Below the pieces are notes generated by a model, which worked only from the letters and a program-made list of their open reading frames with translations, was not told the origin of the DNA and made no database searches. Source: a virus (Duplodnaviria > Caudoviricetes). Taken from it: a stretch of DNA of 64,000 nt. Both the position numbers and the translations under genes were made by a program. Positions 29,774-40,710 of this stretch are shown piece after piece (positions within the stretch are counted from its first letter, which is position 1; every line of letters starts with the position of its first letter). The stretch is from IMG/VR virus record IMGVR_UViG_2563367078_000003, positions 1-64,000 of that record, one strand, 5' to 3'.

Positions 29774-30565
29774 CTATTCATGCGTCGGTCGGTTGTCGAA
29801 TTCGGGGTGCATTTCCATCGACTCCATCAACACCATCGCGTGAAACACAACGGCGGCGAGGTGTTTGGAATTCATCTGCGGGTCGTAGTCCTCGCCGGAC
29901 CAGAACTGCCACGCATGCCTCTGCATCGCTTGGAAAAACTTGCTCCACTCGATGCCCTTGGCCCAGTTGTCCTCGCCGTACTTCTCTGCGCCCCTGCCGA
30001 AGTGTTCAGCGACCTCCCACAGCGCCCGAGCCGGAATCAAATCGAACCGCGCGGTTTTGACCGCTTTCTTGCCTCCGGTGCTGGAGGTAGTCATCGTCTC
30101 GCCGGACTCGGTTGCAAGCTGCGCGGCTTTGTACGCTTCGGTAATCTCTTCCTGGGTAATCGGCTCCATCTTCAGTGGAGTGACCGCGTCGTGCCACCGC
30201 GCCCGTTCACGCTCCGTCGCCTCGAAAGCGCCATTGACGGTGACCTGGACGTCTTTCAAGATGGTGTGCCGCTCGTCGCCCTTTCGGAACTGCCAGTCCG
30301 CGCCGCTCAGGTACAGCTCGGTCATGTCGGTAAACCTGTTGTCGCCGCCTTTGACGAGCAGCCTTTCGTCGGCGGTTACGATCGCTTCGACAGCGCCGGT
30401 GAAATGTCCGTACATGGTGTAGACGCCCGGATCGCTCAGCGGCCACTTACTCATAGATAATTCCTTCGATGCTTTCTCGAACTCGGCCCGAAACTCCGGG
30501 TCCTTCAAATCCGCTTCCAGGTCGTCCCAGAAGACGCTTTCAAACCCCGGTCGATCCGAAGCCAT
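29774..30565 (-). CDS. dATP/dGTP diphosphohydrolase-like (DUF5664) domain protein; start uncertain
   Basis: K.RFDLIP..AL..VA....GA.KYG..NW.KG.......RH...W.GED.D.....HL. Confidence 0.85.
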   Translation of the reverse strand: MASDRPGFESVFWDDLEADLKDPEFRAEFEKASKELSMSKWPLSDPGVYTMYGHFTGAVEAIVTADERLLVKGGDNRFTDMTELYLSGADWQFRKGDERHTILKDVQVTVNGAFEATERERARWHDAVTPLKMEPITQEEITEAYKAAQLATESGETMTTSSTGGKKAVKTARFDLIPARALWEVAEHFGRGAEKYGEDNWAKGIEWSKFFQAMQRHAWQFWSGEDYDPQMNSKHLAAVVFHAMVLMESMEMHPEFDNRPTHE

Positions 30566-30995
30566 TGCCGCCCCGGTCGGTGTTGTAGAACATGTCGATA
30601 TCGATTTGCTTGGTCGGCTCGTAGAGTTCCGGCAGTTCGATCTTCTGCACCACCAACTGCGCGATCCGGTCGCCGGGTTCGATGTGGATGTCGCAGACGC
30701 TGTCGAGGTTGATCAGGCAGACCTTGATTTCGCCGCGATAGTCGGAGTCGATGGTGCCCGGCGTGTTGGCGATCGACAGGCCGAACTTCGCGGCCCAGCC
30801 CGACCTTGGATGGATGAAGCCCGCGTAGCCGTCCGGGATGGCGATGGCGATACCTGTCGGCACCAGACTTCGGCACCCGGGTTCCAGCTCGACGTAGGCC
30901 GCCGAGTACAGGTCGATTCCCGCGTCTGTCGGATGTGCTCGCGTCGGCATCGGCAGGTTTTTGTCGAGTCGAATGATCGGGATGTAGATGGTCAG
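30540..30995 (-). CDS. dut: dUTPase (probable CTG start)
   Basis: [38 protein letters not shown]. Confidence 0.95.
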   Translation of the reverse strand: MTIYIPIIRLDKNLPMPTRAHPTDAGIDLYSAAYVELEPGCRSLVPTGIAIAIPDGYAGFIHPRSGWAAKFGLSIANTPGTIDSDYRGEIKVCLINLDSVCDIHIEPGDRIAQLVVQKIELPELYEPTKQIDIDMFYNTDRGGNGFGSTGV

Positions 30996-31218
30996 TCCTC
31001 TTCTGTCCGGTCCCAGAACCTCGCGCAATAAACGCCGTGCCGGGACATCACTTGCAGGCCGTTGCGTCGCGCCTCGCCGATCAGCCGCCCCTGGAGGAAC
31101 ATCGCGTTGCCGTCGACGACCAGAACCTGCGCGATATCCCGAGGCGGCTCGAGGTCGATCGTCATGCCGTTCGGGAGGGTCGCTCTGGTCACTGCCGCGC
31201 CGCATTTCCGGCATTCGG

Positions 31219-31578
31219 TCACGGCGTCACCACCCGCGTAATCCCCGCTGCCGCAATCAATTTCGAGCACGCATAGCACGGTTCGCGGGAAACATACATC
31301 GTTGCGTCGACGAGGTCTTCCCGGTCGCAGTAGATGAGCGCGTTGCCTTCGGCGTGGATGGCGATGCAGTTGTCGTAGGACGATCCCGGTTCGCAGCCGG
31401 AAAGGCGTCGGGGGCAGGCTTCACACCCGGGCTTTCCGGCTGGCGCTCCGTTGTAACCCGACGAGCGAATTCGCCTATCTTTGACTACGACGGCTCCGAC
31501 TTTGTCCCGTTCGCAATCGGATCGGGTCGCTACCACGCGGGCGATATCCAGGAAATATTGGTCAAACGTCGGGCGCAT
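31219..31578 (-). CDS. dCMP deaminase
   Basis: RS.C....VGAV, GYNG, HAE.NA, PCxxC. Confidence 0.93.
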   Translation of the reverse strand: MRPTFDQYFLDIARVVATRSDCERDKVGAVVVKDRRIRSSGYNGAPAGKPGCEACPRRLSGCEPGSSYDNCIAIHAEGNALIYCDREDLVDATMYVSREPCYACSKLIAAAGITRVVTP

Positions 31579-32155
31579 CAGCAGTGATCTGCACTGGAAA
31601 GACGTCCGGCCGCCCTGGGCAATTTTCGAGATGCGTCCGGGTCATCAGGCTTCCGGCGATTGCGTCGCAGTGTGGGCAATGAGCATCCATGCACAACCCG
31701 CTGATCATGCTCCGGCAGCAGCGATAGCCCTCGCAGGTCAGGTACTTCGAGACGCCCTCGGTCGAGATCTCCTGCTGCCGAAGCCATTCCGCGAACTCGG
31801 GTGCGCCCGTGACACCTGGGTGACCGCGATGAGCGCCAGCATTCCAGCAGTCGTATAGCAGCTTCAGGAGTTCTTGATTGGTCACGCCGAGACTTCGCGG
31901 ACGGTCTCCCACGAATTGATGGTGGCGATGGTTCGTACGGTGCCGTCTTCGTTGATCCTGTAGAAGTGCAGCATGCGGTTGTCCGCGCCGACGTCGTACC
32001 GATCCGCCTCGATCGTCTTGCTTTTGCGGACATCGTTGAACGGGTCGGTGATATAGGTGTAGCGGTACTTCTTCATTGTTTTTCCTCTCGGTTGGTTGCT
32101 TCCCCGCTCGATCTCGAATCGACGCCGCCTGTAGCGATGCGGGGAATCCGTTGTG

Positions 32156-32704
32156 TTACTGGGTGATCCCCTGGGCCTGGAGAACCGCCAAGGCCGCCTT
32201 CAGTTCGGGGGACTGTTCATTCGCCGCCGCAGCAGCCGGAGCCGCGTTGGTAGCTACCTGGTCAGCCTTGGACCGGTACTCGATGGTGACCATCTTTTTT
32301 GGCTCAGCGCCCTGGCCCGGCTCGTCGTGACTCCGGGTGATGCGCTGCCACGAACCGACAGGAAGGGTCTTCTCGCCGTTGGCCCGCAGGACCTTCGCCA
32401 GCTCGGACTTCCACGAAGGCTTGAAATAGACCTTGCGCCGTCCATCGTCCCCAGCCCTCTCCGGATCACGAAGGGCGGTCTGGTAGGTGACGACAAGCTG
32501 CAGAACCGGCGAACCGTCCTGCCAGGTCTTCATGCGCGGCGGCTGATTCGAACCGGGACGCTGGTATTCCTTTTCCTGCACGACATCTTTCGCGACGACG
32601 AAGCCTTCGACGGTGTCACCGATGTTCTTCAGTGAAGCGCTCGGGGCTCCCCCGCCGAGGAGGAAATCGTCAGCATCGGGTACCTGATTAGTCGGCTGTG
32701 TCAT
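32156..32704 (-). CDS. ssDNA-binding protein (actinophage type)
   Basis: FL.GG..S......GDTV.G...W.DG.P..Q.VVT.QT...DDG.R..Y.K; adjacent to exonuclease. Confidence 0.7.
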   Translation of the reverse strand: MTQPTNQVPDADDFLLGGGAPSASLKNIGDTVEGFVVAKDVVQEKEYQRPGSNQPPRMKTWQDGSPVLQLVVTYQTALRDPERAGDDGRRKVYFKPSWKSELAKVLRANGEKTLPVGSWQRITRSHDEPGQGAEPKKMVTIEYRSKADQVATNAAPAAAAANEQSPELKAALAVLQAQGITQ

Positions 32705-32874
32705 TTAGTTGTTCTCCCAATGTATGAATCTGTTTCAGGTGATTCCGATTCGGCCACGCGCAAACAAGGGGAGAATTCTGTTCGCGGTGTTTTCGCATCA
32801 AGTCAACCAACTAGGTGACTTGCTCCAAACCGTGGAGTGCGGCCGGTGATGTTATTTAGATGGCGTCCCCCTCG

Positions 32875-33666
32875 TTATTCGTTGTTTCCAGCGCAGGCGA
32901 AAGGCCCACGCCCAGCTGTGGAGAACCACGGGCACCATTGGCAGTCGTCGTCCGGCACGATCGGTATCTGCTTGAAGCCGCGCGGGTCGTGCATGACGTC
33001 CAGGTCCAGCATCTGCTGTTCGGTTTCGTCGATCCTGTCGAGGATTTCGTCTACCGCCGCGTCGCTGTATGGTTCCCGGTCGAGATGCGTTTGCCGCAGG
33101 CTGCCGGTGCGGGAGATGATGATGTTGCCGACGAATTTGACCGGGAACCCCTCATTTTTGTATCCCCGGCCGTACAATTGGCGCTGACCCTTATATCCCG
33201 CCGACGGACCGAATTTCACGATCTTGTCGTAGCTGGTCTTCCCGAGCACCTTCCAGTCGAGCACGCTGTGTGTATCCACGTCGTAGAGGTCGCAGGTGCC
33301 GGACAAACCCGGGCGCACTGTCACCTTCGTCTCCGGGATCCACCGCACCCGCCCGAGGCGATCATTCGCGGCCCGCACAGCCTCTTCCAGCCACGCGTGC
33401 ATCGCGGTACCCATGATCGACGGTAGGGGGTCGCTGAATTTGTTCAGGCCGCGTGATTCCGGCGTCTCGTCTTCCCGACGTGAGGATGCCAGCGAATACG
33501 CCAACCGCCGCTTGCAGAGATAACCGACACCCGAAGGTCCGAGTTCTCGCTGCACTGATCGCGGTCTGGACTTTTCGGCGTCGACGATCAGGTCTCGAAT
33601 ACTACCCAAGAGGTCCGCGTCCGGAATTCCATCGATCTCTTCGGCGAGGATGTCATCGAAGATCAT
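32875..33666 (-). CDS. Cas4-like PD-(D/E)XK exonuclease
   Basis: LGPS...C.RR, GT..H, G..D, DWK, Q.QLY, C-terminal CxxC...C. Confidence 0.88.
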   Translation of the reverse strand: MIFDDILAEEIDGIPDADLLGSIRDLIVDAEKSRPRSVQRELGPSGVGYLCKRRLAYSLASSRREDETPESRGLNKFSDPLPSIMGTAMHAWLEEAVRAANDRLGRVRWIPETKVTVRPGLSGTCDLYDVDTHSVLDWKVLGKTSYDKIVKFGPSAGYKGQRQLYGRGYKNEGFPVKFVGNIIISRTGSLRQTHLDREPYSDAAVDEILDRIDETEQQMLDLDVMHDPRGFKQIPIVPDDDCQWCPWFSTAGRGPFACAGNNE

Positions 33667-36355
33667 TTCGACTCCACCCTGCGCACACGCTGCTCGCCAT
33701 AGATGTCGAGGTTCTTGCGATAGAAGTCGAACTTGTCCGGTGGATTTTCGACGGTCACCGAAGGCCACTCAGGATTCAGCACGTCGATGTATAAATCCCA
33801 GTCGTCATACGAAATCCTCAGCAGCTGATCGTCGTCGAACGAAATCGCAAAGCCGTTGATTTCCACGCTTTTCAGTTGTGCCATACAATCCCTTCGTGTC
33901 GCGGGGAGGAAGCATGGTCATCGGCACTTCGACGAACGAGAGAAATGAAATGAAAGATCGCTCATTCGAATCAGCTGCGCGTTGTTGCGCCGATAGTTCT
34001 CAACTTGATCGACCATGCTGTTGTTGGTCCTGAAATCCGCTGCTCACCCCGGCAATGCGTCACTCAACAGGCAGTGATGGTTTGAGTGTGATTTTGCATG
34101 AGTAGGTGCCCAGCAGCCCTGCACCATTCGGATTTTCAGCGTTACCGCGCTGCGGCGACCATTCCCCGTACTCAGAGCCTAACGGCGGTTGTCGGTTCCC
34201 GCATTCAGGTCGCAGTGCGGGCACCCCGGCTCGTCCGATCCGATCACATGACCGCACCACGAGCAGTACATCCCTAGCACTGATGCCGTCGATGAAACCC
34301 AGCTTTGTCGACAAGCACCAACGCGGCAGCCGCCCCGATCTGCTCCGGCGTCATGACCTCGCCCACCTTGCCGAGCGTCAGCGCCGTGAAGATCATCGTG
34401 GCCACCCCTACCGCCAGCACGTCGTGGTCGGACAGGTCATCGGTGCGGATCGCCGTCGCCAGCGCCTCGAGCATAGGACTCTCTGAGGGCAGCGGGCCGT
34501 AGTCGTAGGTGTCGATGGTGGTCAATCTTTCTGCCTCGCAGTCTTTTTCACGTGCTTCCGGTAGTCGGTGTTCGTCATCTCGACTTCCTCGCCGTCGATC
34601 TCCGCGTCCACCGTCGACAACGCGCCCCACTTGGCTTCGCCGATGCTCGAATTGGCTCGGCCGACGTGGTTCTCGAACGGCGCGTCGTCGAGCCGCTTGC
34701 CGAGGTCGAGCCCGTGCAGTTTGATGAACGGCAGCCGGGACTTGCGCGCTTCTTCCGCCTTCGCGAGGATGCCGACCGCCCAGTCATGGTCCGGGTGATG
34801 CGGCACCGCGCCCAGCGGAGAGAACACCTTGCACACCTCGCGGTACCGGTCGACGATCTCCTGCGCCAGTTGTTCGATCTCGTGCGGGACCGGCGGAATG
34901 TATTGCGGGGCTTCGTATTCCACTTCGACGGGGTTCGCGACATTCACCTTCACGACCGCGAACGTCCTGTCCGGCCGCTGAAGCCACACCGTTTGATGCA
35001 GCGGGCCCGGCGAGACGACATCACCCTCTGCGGGCAGCCCGTCGAGAGTCCTGTACTTCACCGGATCGCCTTCGGGTTGAACTCGACTTCGCGGATCGTC
35101 CATCGCCCGTTATTGCCGGAGAGTCCGGCGTCTTGCAGCTCCCACGTCACTCGCGGACGGCCATTGCAGGTCAGTAGGTGGTCCAGGTAATGGATGGCCG
35201 CGAATACCGACTCATACGCGCCAACCGCCTCGTCCAGCCGACCGTCCACCCACCCCTCGAGGACGTACACGAACTCCACTACTCGGCTCCCGCGACGAAC
35301 GCAGCGCCGGACAGCACCACGAGCCACCACCCGAACCGCAGCACGCGCCCGCCGATCGGCTCCAAGCACTCCTCCACCGCCAGACCCGCCAGCACGAGCA
35401 GCGCACCCGCGACGGCACCGACGAATCCCGCTGTGACACATGCGGTGTGCATCAGTCGTCCCTCCACGAATCGGGAATGCGGTCGAGATACGTCACGGTG
35501 ACAGCGAACGAGTCGGTCGTGACGTCGAGCCATACGCTCAGCAGGTCGATCGCCATGCCCGCGACGGTGTCCTTGTCGATGGCCTGGGTGTACTGCCGCT
35601 CGAAGGATCCGACGCTGACCCGGATGAGCCAGTATCCGCGCACAAAGCCGTGTTCGTCCGGGGAGCAATCCGGCGCGGCGGCTACTTCGTAGATGTTCAT
35701 TCGCAGTCCTTCTCGGTGTCGCCGAGGCTGTACGGGTTGCTGGTGTATTCGCGACCTGGTGTGCCGTCCGCCCCCTGCCTGTGATTGGCGACAGCTGCGG
35801 CGTATCCCATCTCCCACGCGATGTACGGATGGGTCGGCAATTCCTGCTCACTCATTCAGAGTCCTCGAATCTAGGGTCGGCCTCGATCGGCGGCCACGTA
35901 AACTGCGCAAACGTCCACGCCGGGTCTTCGGTGTCGGCGTATTCGGCGGTGAACTCGTGCCGCATCGCGATCCGGTCGATTTCTTCGAGGTTGGCGGTGC
36001 GGATGGTGTGGCGCAGTATGAGGCGTGTCCGAAGGCCCCTCGCTGCGCCGAGGAGGTGTTCGATGTACCCGCATTCCCAGCCCTGCGAGAAAGTTCCCCC
36101 GCCGCTCGGGCTCACGAGTTCGAATTCGTTCACTCGCAATCCTTTTCTTCGATGTCGAAGTCGTCACCGGCTTGATCGGCGAGGAATTCGTAGAGTTCGT
36201 CCACCGGTTTCATCGTCGGCGATTCTTTTCTTCGCGTTGTTTCTCTGCTCCGGCGGCGTGAGATTCCATCTCTTTCCAGCTTTTGTAGGCGAAGGCTCTC
36301 GCCAGCATGTCCGCTTCGACAGGGCCGAGGGGAGTGCCGTCTTTATATCGCGGCA

Positions 36356-36577
36356 TCATGGTCGCAGTCCTTCAATATCGTTGGCTCTGAAATACCTCTT
36401 CTTCCAGAAACGACTCCCGGACGGGCTCAGATTGAATGCACGGACCTTTTCACGCCTCACCAAGCGATAAACAGTCGACTGTACAACGCGGAGTCGGTAC
36501 GCCGCTTCTTGGGCGTCGATATATTCAACACCTTCGTAGTGGCAAACCATGGGCCCGGCATTCAAATCGTCGAGCAT
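36356..36577 (-). CDS. HTH DNA-binding protein
   Basis: EAA.RL.V..STVYRLV. Confidence 0.75.
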   Translation of the reverse strand: MLDDLNAGPMVCHYEGVEYIDAQEAAYRLRVVQSTVYRLVRREKVRAFNLSPSGSRFWKKRYFRANDIEGLRP

Positions 36578-36972
36578 TACGCTTTCCTGCCGCCGTCGAC
36601 GCGCTCGTAGGTCAGGACGGTCTTCTCCACGGCCTTCAGCTCGAAGAAGCTGCCGCCGTCGTAGCTGACATCGCCGTCGTAGGAGCCGTAGGTGCCGTCT
36701 TTCTGATAGAAGCGAATCGAACCGTCGAGATACGTAACCTTGAAGACCAGACCGGCCGGAGCGGTAGACCCCTGTGCGTATTCGTCGCCGTAGTAATCGT
36801 CGCGATGTGCCTTGCGGCAGTCTTCGATGGTGCTGACGACCTCGACATTGCCGAACACCGGGATATTCGCCGTCTTATGGTATGCCCAGTCGCTCCACGG
36901 CCGAGCGTGCGCCAGCTGATAGAACGCACGGTACAGATCGTAGTTGTAGTATTTGTGGTCTTCGATGTTCAT
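36577..36972 (-). CDS. Hypothetical protein, paralogue 4 of tandem family
   Basis: FY.K.G.YGSYDG...FEL..VEK.V.TYE. Confidence 0.75.
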   Translation of the reverse strand: MNIEDHKYYNYDLYRAFYQLAHARPWSDWAYHKTANIPVFGNVEVVSTIEDCRKAHRDDYYGDEYAQGSTAPAGLVFKVTYLDGSIRFYQKDGTYGSYDGDVSYDGGSFFELKAVEKTVLTYERVDGGRKA

Positions 36973-37286
36973 TACACTTCCTCGTATCGGGTGATGTTCT
37001 GCTTTACGGGCTTGACCTCGTGAAGATCCCCGTCCCAGCTCGTGCCGTCGTAGCTCGAGTAGTAGCCGCTTTTCTTGTAGTACCGGACGCGGTAATCAGA
37101 GAATTCCACTTCGAACACCAGGTGGCGGTGACTTCCCTCGTCCATTCCGCCGACAGATTCGACGAGCTTGACGTACCTGAATGGCGCAGACCGTTCTTCG
37201 CCTACGGTGTACCAGCTGCCCCACCCCGCTTCGCCGTATTCGTCCGCCAGGGATTTGATCGCCTTTTCGATGTCGTCGATATTCAT
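36972..37286 (-). CDS. Hypothetical protein, paralogue 3
   Basis: GG.DEG...YYKKSGYYSSYDGT.WDG.LHEV.PV...YE. Confidence 0.75.
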   Translation of the reverse strand: MNIDDIEKAIKSLADEYGEAGWGSWYTVGEERSAPFRYVKLVESVGGMDEGSHRHLVFEVEFSDYRVRYYKKSGYYSSYDGTSWDGDLHEVKPVKQNITRYEEV

Positions 37287-37669
37287 TACTTCACCTTCTT
37301 GTATTTCGTCACGACTTCCTGCACCGGCTGCACTTCGAAGAAATCGCCGTACTCCCAATACGCGCCGTTGTAGCTGACCCACCGGCCGTTTTTCTTGTAC
37401 AGCTTTTCGGTGCCGTCCGGGAATGTGATGCGGAGGATGAGATGCATGTGGTCACCCTCGCCTTCACCGCCGACAGATTCGATGGTTTCGACGGAGCCCA
37501 AACCTTCGAATTCGCGAGGCTTCCCGTTCTCCAGTAGTTCAATGACGCCCGGCCAACCCCGGTAGGTGTGCACACCCCGCTCGGTTATGCCGGTCTTCCA
37601 ATGCGTGTATTCGTACGGCTCCCCGAGGGTGAAGTCTTCGAAGTAGTCTCGGATCTGATCGACGTTCAT
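37286..37669 (-). CDS. Hypothetical protein, paralogue 2
   Basis: GGEGEG...YKK.G.W.SY.G..W....EV.PV. Confidence 0.75.
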   Translation of the reverse strand: MNVDQIRDYFEDFTLGEPYEYTHWKTGITERGVHTYRGWPGVIELLENGKPREFEGLGSVETIESVGGEGEGDHMHLILRITFPDGTEKLYKKNGRWVSYNGAYWEYGDFFEVQPVQEVVTKYKKVK

Positions 37670-38070
37670 TTCGCGGGCATCTTTTCGTAGAACCGGACTA
37701 CGCGATCGACCGGAAAGACTTCGAACAGATCGCCGTCCCAGTCGCCGCCATGGAACGAGGCGTAATACCCTTCCTTGCGGAAGACCTGTTCGGCACCATC
37801 CGGAGCGGTGATTCCGAATACCATCTCGGTGTATTCACCATGACCTTCGCCGCCGCCGTCGACGACCAGAGCGGTGAGCATGCCCAGGTCGGGAATCTCG
37901 AAGCTGCAGAGCTTGGTGCGGTAAGTCCCGTCCTCCCAGCCCCAATCTGTCAGCTTTTCCTCGAACGCATCCCAGTTGACGTATTCGCCATCATGGTCGT
38001 AATCCTCGTCATCCTCGGCGGCCTGCCACTTCGCGATAGCGTCTTCGACCTGCTTTGCGGTATAGGTCAT
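37666..38070 (-). CDS. Hypothetical protein, paralogue 1
   Basis: GGEG.GE...FRKEGYY.SF.G.DWDG.LFEV.PV...YE. Confidence 0.75.
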   Translation of the reverse strand: MTYTAKQVEDAIAKWQAAEDDEDYDHDGEYVNWDAFEEKLTDWGWEDGTYRTKLCSFEIPDLGMLTALVVDGGGEGHGEYTEMVFGITAPDGAEQVFRKEGYYASFHGGDWDGDLFEVFPVDRVVRFYEKMPAK

Positions 38071-38846
38071 GCGGTAATCTCCAATGGAATCAATAGATGT
38101 TTCTTCGACAAATGGTGTTGCACGTAATCGATATCCGGCGTGCGGAAGGTTTTGTAGTTCTCGGCGATGAACTGCGCGGACCGGCCTTTCGTCAGTGACG
38201 TGATCGTTCGGCGCAGCGCCCACGCGTATGCACCTCGAGCCGATCCGGTGTAGTCGTCCGGGATGACGATCCGCTCCAGCGCCGTGACGTACACCTCTTC
38301 GCGGAACAGCTGGACCTGTTTTTCGAACGGCATCGCCCAGACCTTTTGCATGTCCATCTGGACCGTCTTGCCGTCTTTCAAGCAGGATTCGTAGATCGGC
38401 CGGTCGCCGTAGGCCACACTGAGGTGAAGCGAATCGTGGTCGTATTTGCGTCGCACAGCATCGGAGAAGAACTCGTCGGACTCCTGGGTCAGATCGACCT
38501 TCTTCGTGCCGTGGCGGCGCTCCCAGGCCCCGTACAACATGTCGTGCAGCGGCTGGATTATCCGGCCTCCAGAGCCCTGCAGCCACACCAGATCCGACAT
38601 GTGCTTGCCCCAGCTGCCGTTGCGCAACTCCCAATAGCTGTGGCTGAGCTTGATGGTGTACATCTCGTCGAGCGTCGCGACCCGGATCTCGCCGTCTACC
38701 AGCCAATCGGCGAACGCCGGATCCCAGAACGCATCCTCGCCGTCGCCGGGGTGGTCGGTGAACACGTCGACGTCTTTCGGCTCCCGCCGGTCGAACCCCA
38801 GCAGTCCCAGCGCGGTCGAGCCGATGATCAGTTTGTAAACCACCAC
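38067..38846 (-). CDS. Putative nucleotidyltransferase-fold phage protein
   Basis: IIGS.A...KDVD; YT.K.SH..W..KH..D; HD..H; EE..V.A.ER. Confidence 0.65.
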   Translation of the reverse strand: MVVYKLIIGSTALGLLGFDRREPKDVDVFTDHPGDGEDAFWDPAFADWLVDGEIRVATLDEMYTIKLSHSYWELRNGSWGKHMSDLVWLQGSGGRIIQPLHDMLYGAWERRHGTKKVDLTQESDEFFSDAVRRKYDHDSLHLSVAYGDRPIYESCLKDGKTVQMDMQKVWAMPFEKQVQLFREEVYVTALERIVIPDDYTGSARGAYAWALRRTITSLTKGRSAQFIAENYKTFRTPDIDYVQHHLSKKHLLIPLEITA

Positions 38847-40410
38847 GGTCCCCACGGGATATTGATGATGATCATGCCGCGCCACCTCCATCCGTTGTCG
38901 TTGAGGAAAGTCATCGCCTGCCCCTTTCCAGTTCGTACACTTGCTGTTCCAGCTTTTCGATCCGCTTCAGCAGCAATGACGAAATCTTCAGCATGTTGAT
39001 ATGGTCCTGCGCTGTCACTTCACAGCCGAAAAGGTTCATCGCTCATCCATTTCTAGGTACAGCTTCGCCCGTTCGAGCATCGCGCCTTTATCCGTTCCGA
39101 GGCGAGCATCCAGCTTGGCCCACTGCTGTTCGGGTGTCGGCCGCGATTCATCTCGGTCTTGTGTTTTCTCTGCCATGTCGATTCCTTCTACAACGACCGG
39201 ATTGTGACCCAGTCCGAATAAACCCGGAAGCGATTCCTGCACTGAGCACATCTGATGTCGCGGGAAACGATCACCATGTCGAAACTGGTTTTATGCAATG
39301 CTTCGCAGTCTCGACAGATCAACACATGGTTGCAGCCATGGAAGTTCCCACGAAGGTGTGCCGGTTCTCCGCACCGATGACATTCAGGAACCTTGTCGAG
39401 ATCCACATCCAGTTCGACGGGAGCCTCTACTGCTGCGGCCATCGCGACTCCACCCATTCCATCAGGTAGTAGGTTCCGTATCCGGCGGCGATTGCTAGGA
39501 AGATCAGCCCCGCAGCCGCCGCGACCCACGCTGCGATCATCGTTGTTGCCTTTCGTAGATCCAGTAGTCGACGCCGTTCGGGTAATCGACGTTTGGTGCG
39601 AGCCGGGCATCAGCGATGATTTCGTTGCGAAACAGCTGCCGCGACCAGGCGAGTTCGGATTCGGCGTCCTGCTCGGCTATGCGCTCGGCTTCGAATTCAC
39701 TGGGGTACCAGCCGAGGATGCCTTCGTGATCGCCTTCGACCCTCTGCAGTTCGTAGATCAAGCGACCCCCGCTTCGACGTCGGCGACAAGCTTTTTAATT
39801 CCCTCCAGCGCCTGCGACGGAATCGGGTGCAGCCACGACATCGACGGATAATCCGGGCAGACGCCGACCCATTCCTGATCTTCAGCCGACCAGAATGCGT
39901 AGAACAATTTCATACGATGACCTCGTAGTGCTCGATGCCGGTTTTCTTCGGCCGATATTCGATGATCTTCTCGTTGGCCCACTGCGTGAACGGATACGTC
40001 AGGTTGTCGAACGCGGACTCTTTGTGGTCGTCGCGATAATCCGCATACGTCTTTTTCCACGTCTGCCGAATCGAACCATATTGCATCCACAAGTTCTGCT
40101 CGATTGAATCCTCCACGACCTCGGTCGCAATATTCAGCAGCCGGAGTTTGAGATATGGATCGCTATCCCATTCAATCAGAACCTCCCACGCATACCCATC
40201 CGGAGGTGGCTTCAGCTTCTTCGCCAATTCCTGAGCGGGGTGGTAGGGGTGGCCGTAGGTATCGCCGTTCGGATCCTTGTCCCACACCGCCGTGGCTTTT
40301 CGCGACTTCCGTTTGTCCAGCCAGTCCTGGATTTGATAGACGCCGAACCCGGCAAGCCATCCGACGAAGATGCCGATACTGAGTGCGATTGCCCAGGTCA
40401 TCGGCTAGTC

Positions 40411-40710
40411 TTACTGCGCGCCAGCTGCTGCCTTCGAGTCATTTTTCTTTCTCCGATTCCTCAGCACGGCTTCCGTATTGGCGGCAGTGCAGGATATGCA
40501 TCGACAGCCGAAGTTGGTGTATCCGTTGCACGTTCCGTGGATTTTCAATGTCGTGGACACCAGTCGGCCGTGGATCAGAACCCGGCTTTCCAGGTGGCGC
40601 TGTCGCCAGGTTTCCGCGTACTCGCGACCAGCTTCCACACACGGATCGCACTTGCAGCCTTTTTTGTTGTAGCCGTAATAGCTGCCGTGCTGCCATTGCT
40701 TTTTCGTCAT
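40411..40710 (-). CDS. Small Zn-binding protein with two HG....Y...GC.C..C repeats
   Basis: HGSYYGYNKKGCKCDPC / HGTCNGYTNFGCRCISC. Confidence 0.75.
   Translation of the reverse strand: MTKKQWQHGSYYGYNKKGCKCDPCVEAGREYAETWRQRHLESRVLIHGRLVSTTLKIHGTCNGYTNFGCRCISCTAANTEAVLRNRRKKNDSKAAAGAQ

Noticed and set aside
29774-30565. 2-aminoadenine (Z-DNA) pathway
   Set aside because: DUF5664 is present but no PurZ or phage DNA polymerase is seen in the window
32875-33666. CRISPR-Cas system from the Cas4-like gene
   Set aside because: Solo Cas4-like exonuclease next to SSB is a normal phage recombination module; no array or cas1
34197-34210. 14-bp match TCCCGCATTCAGGT also at about 6229
   Set aside because: This copy lies in a probable small CxxC ORF, and no shared flanks or structure were seen; may be chance
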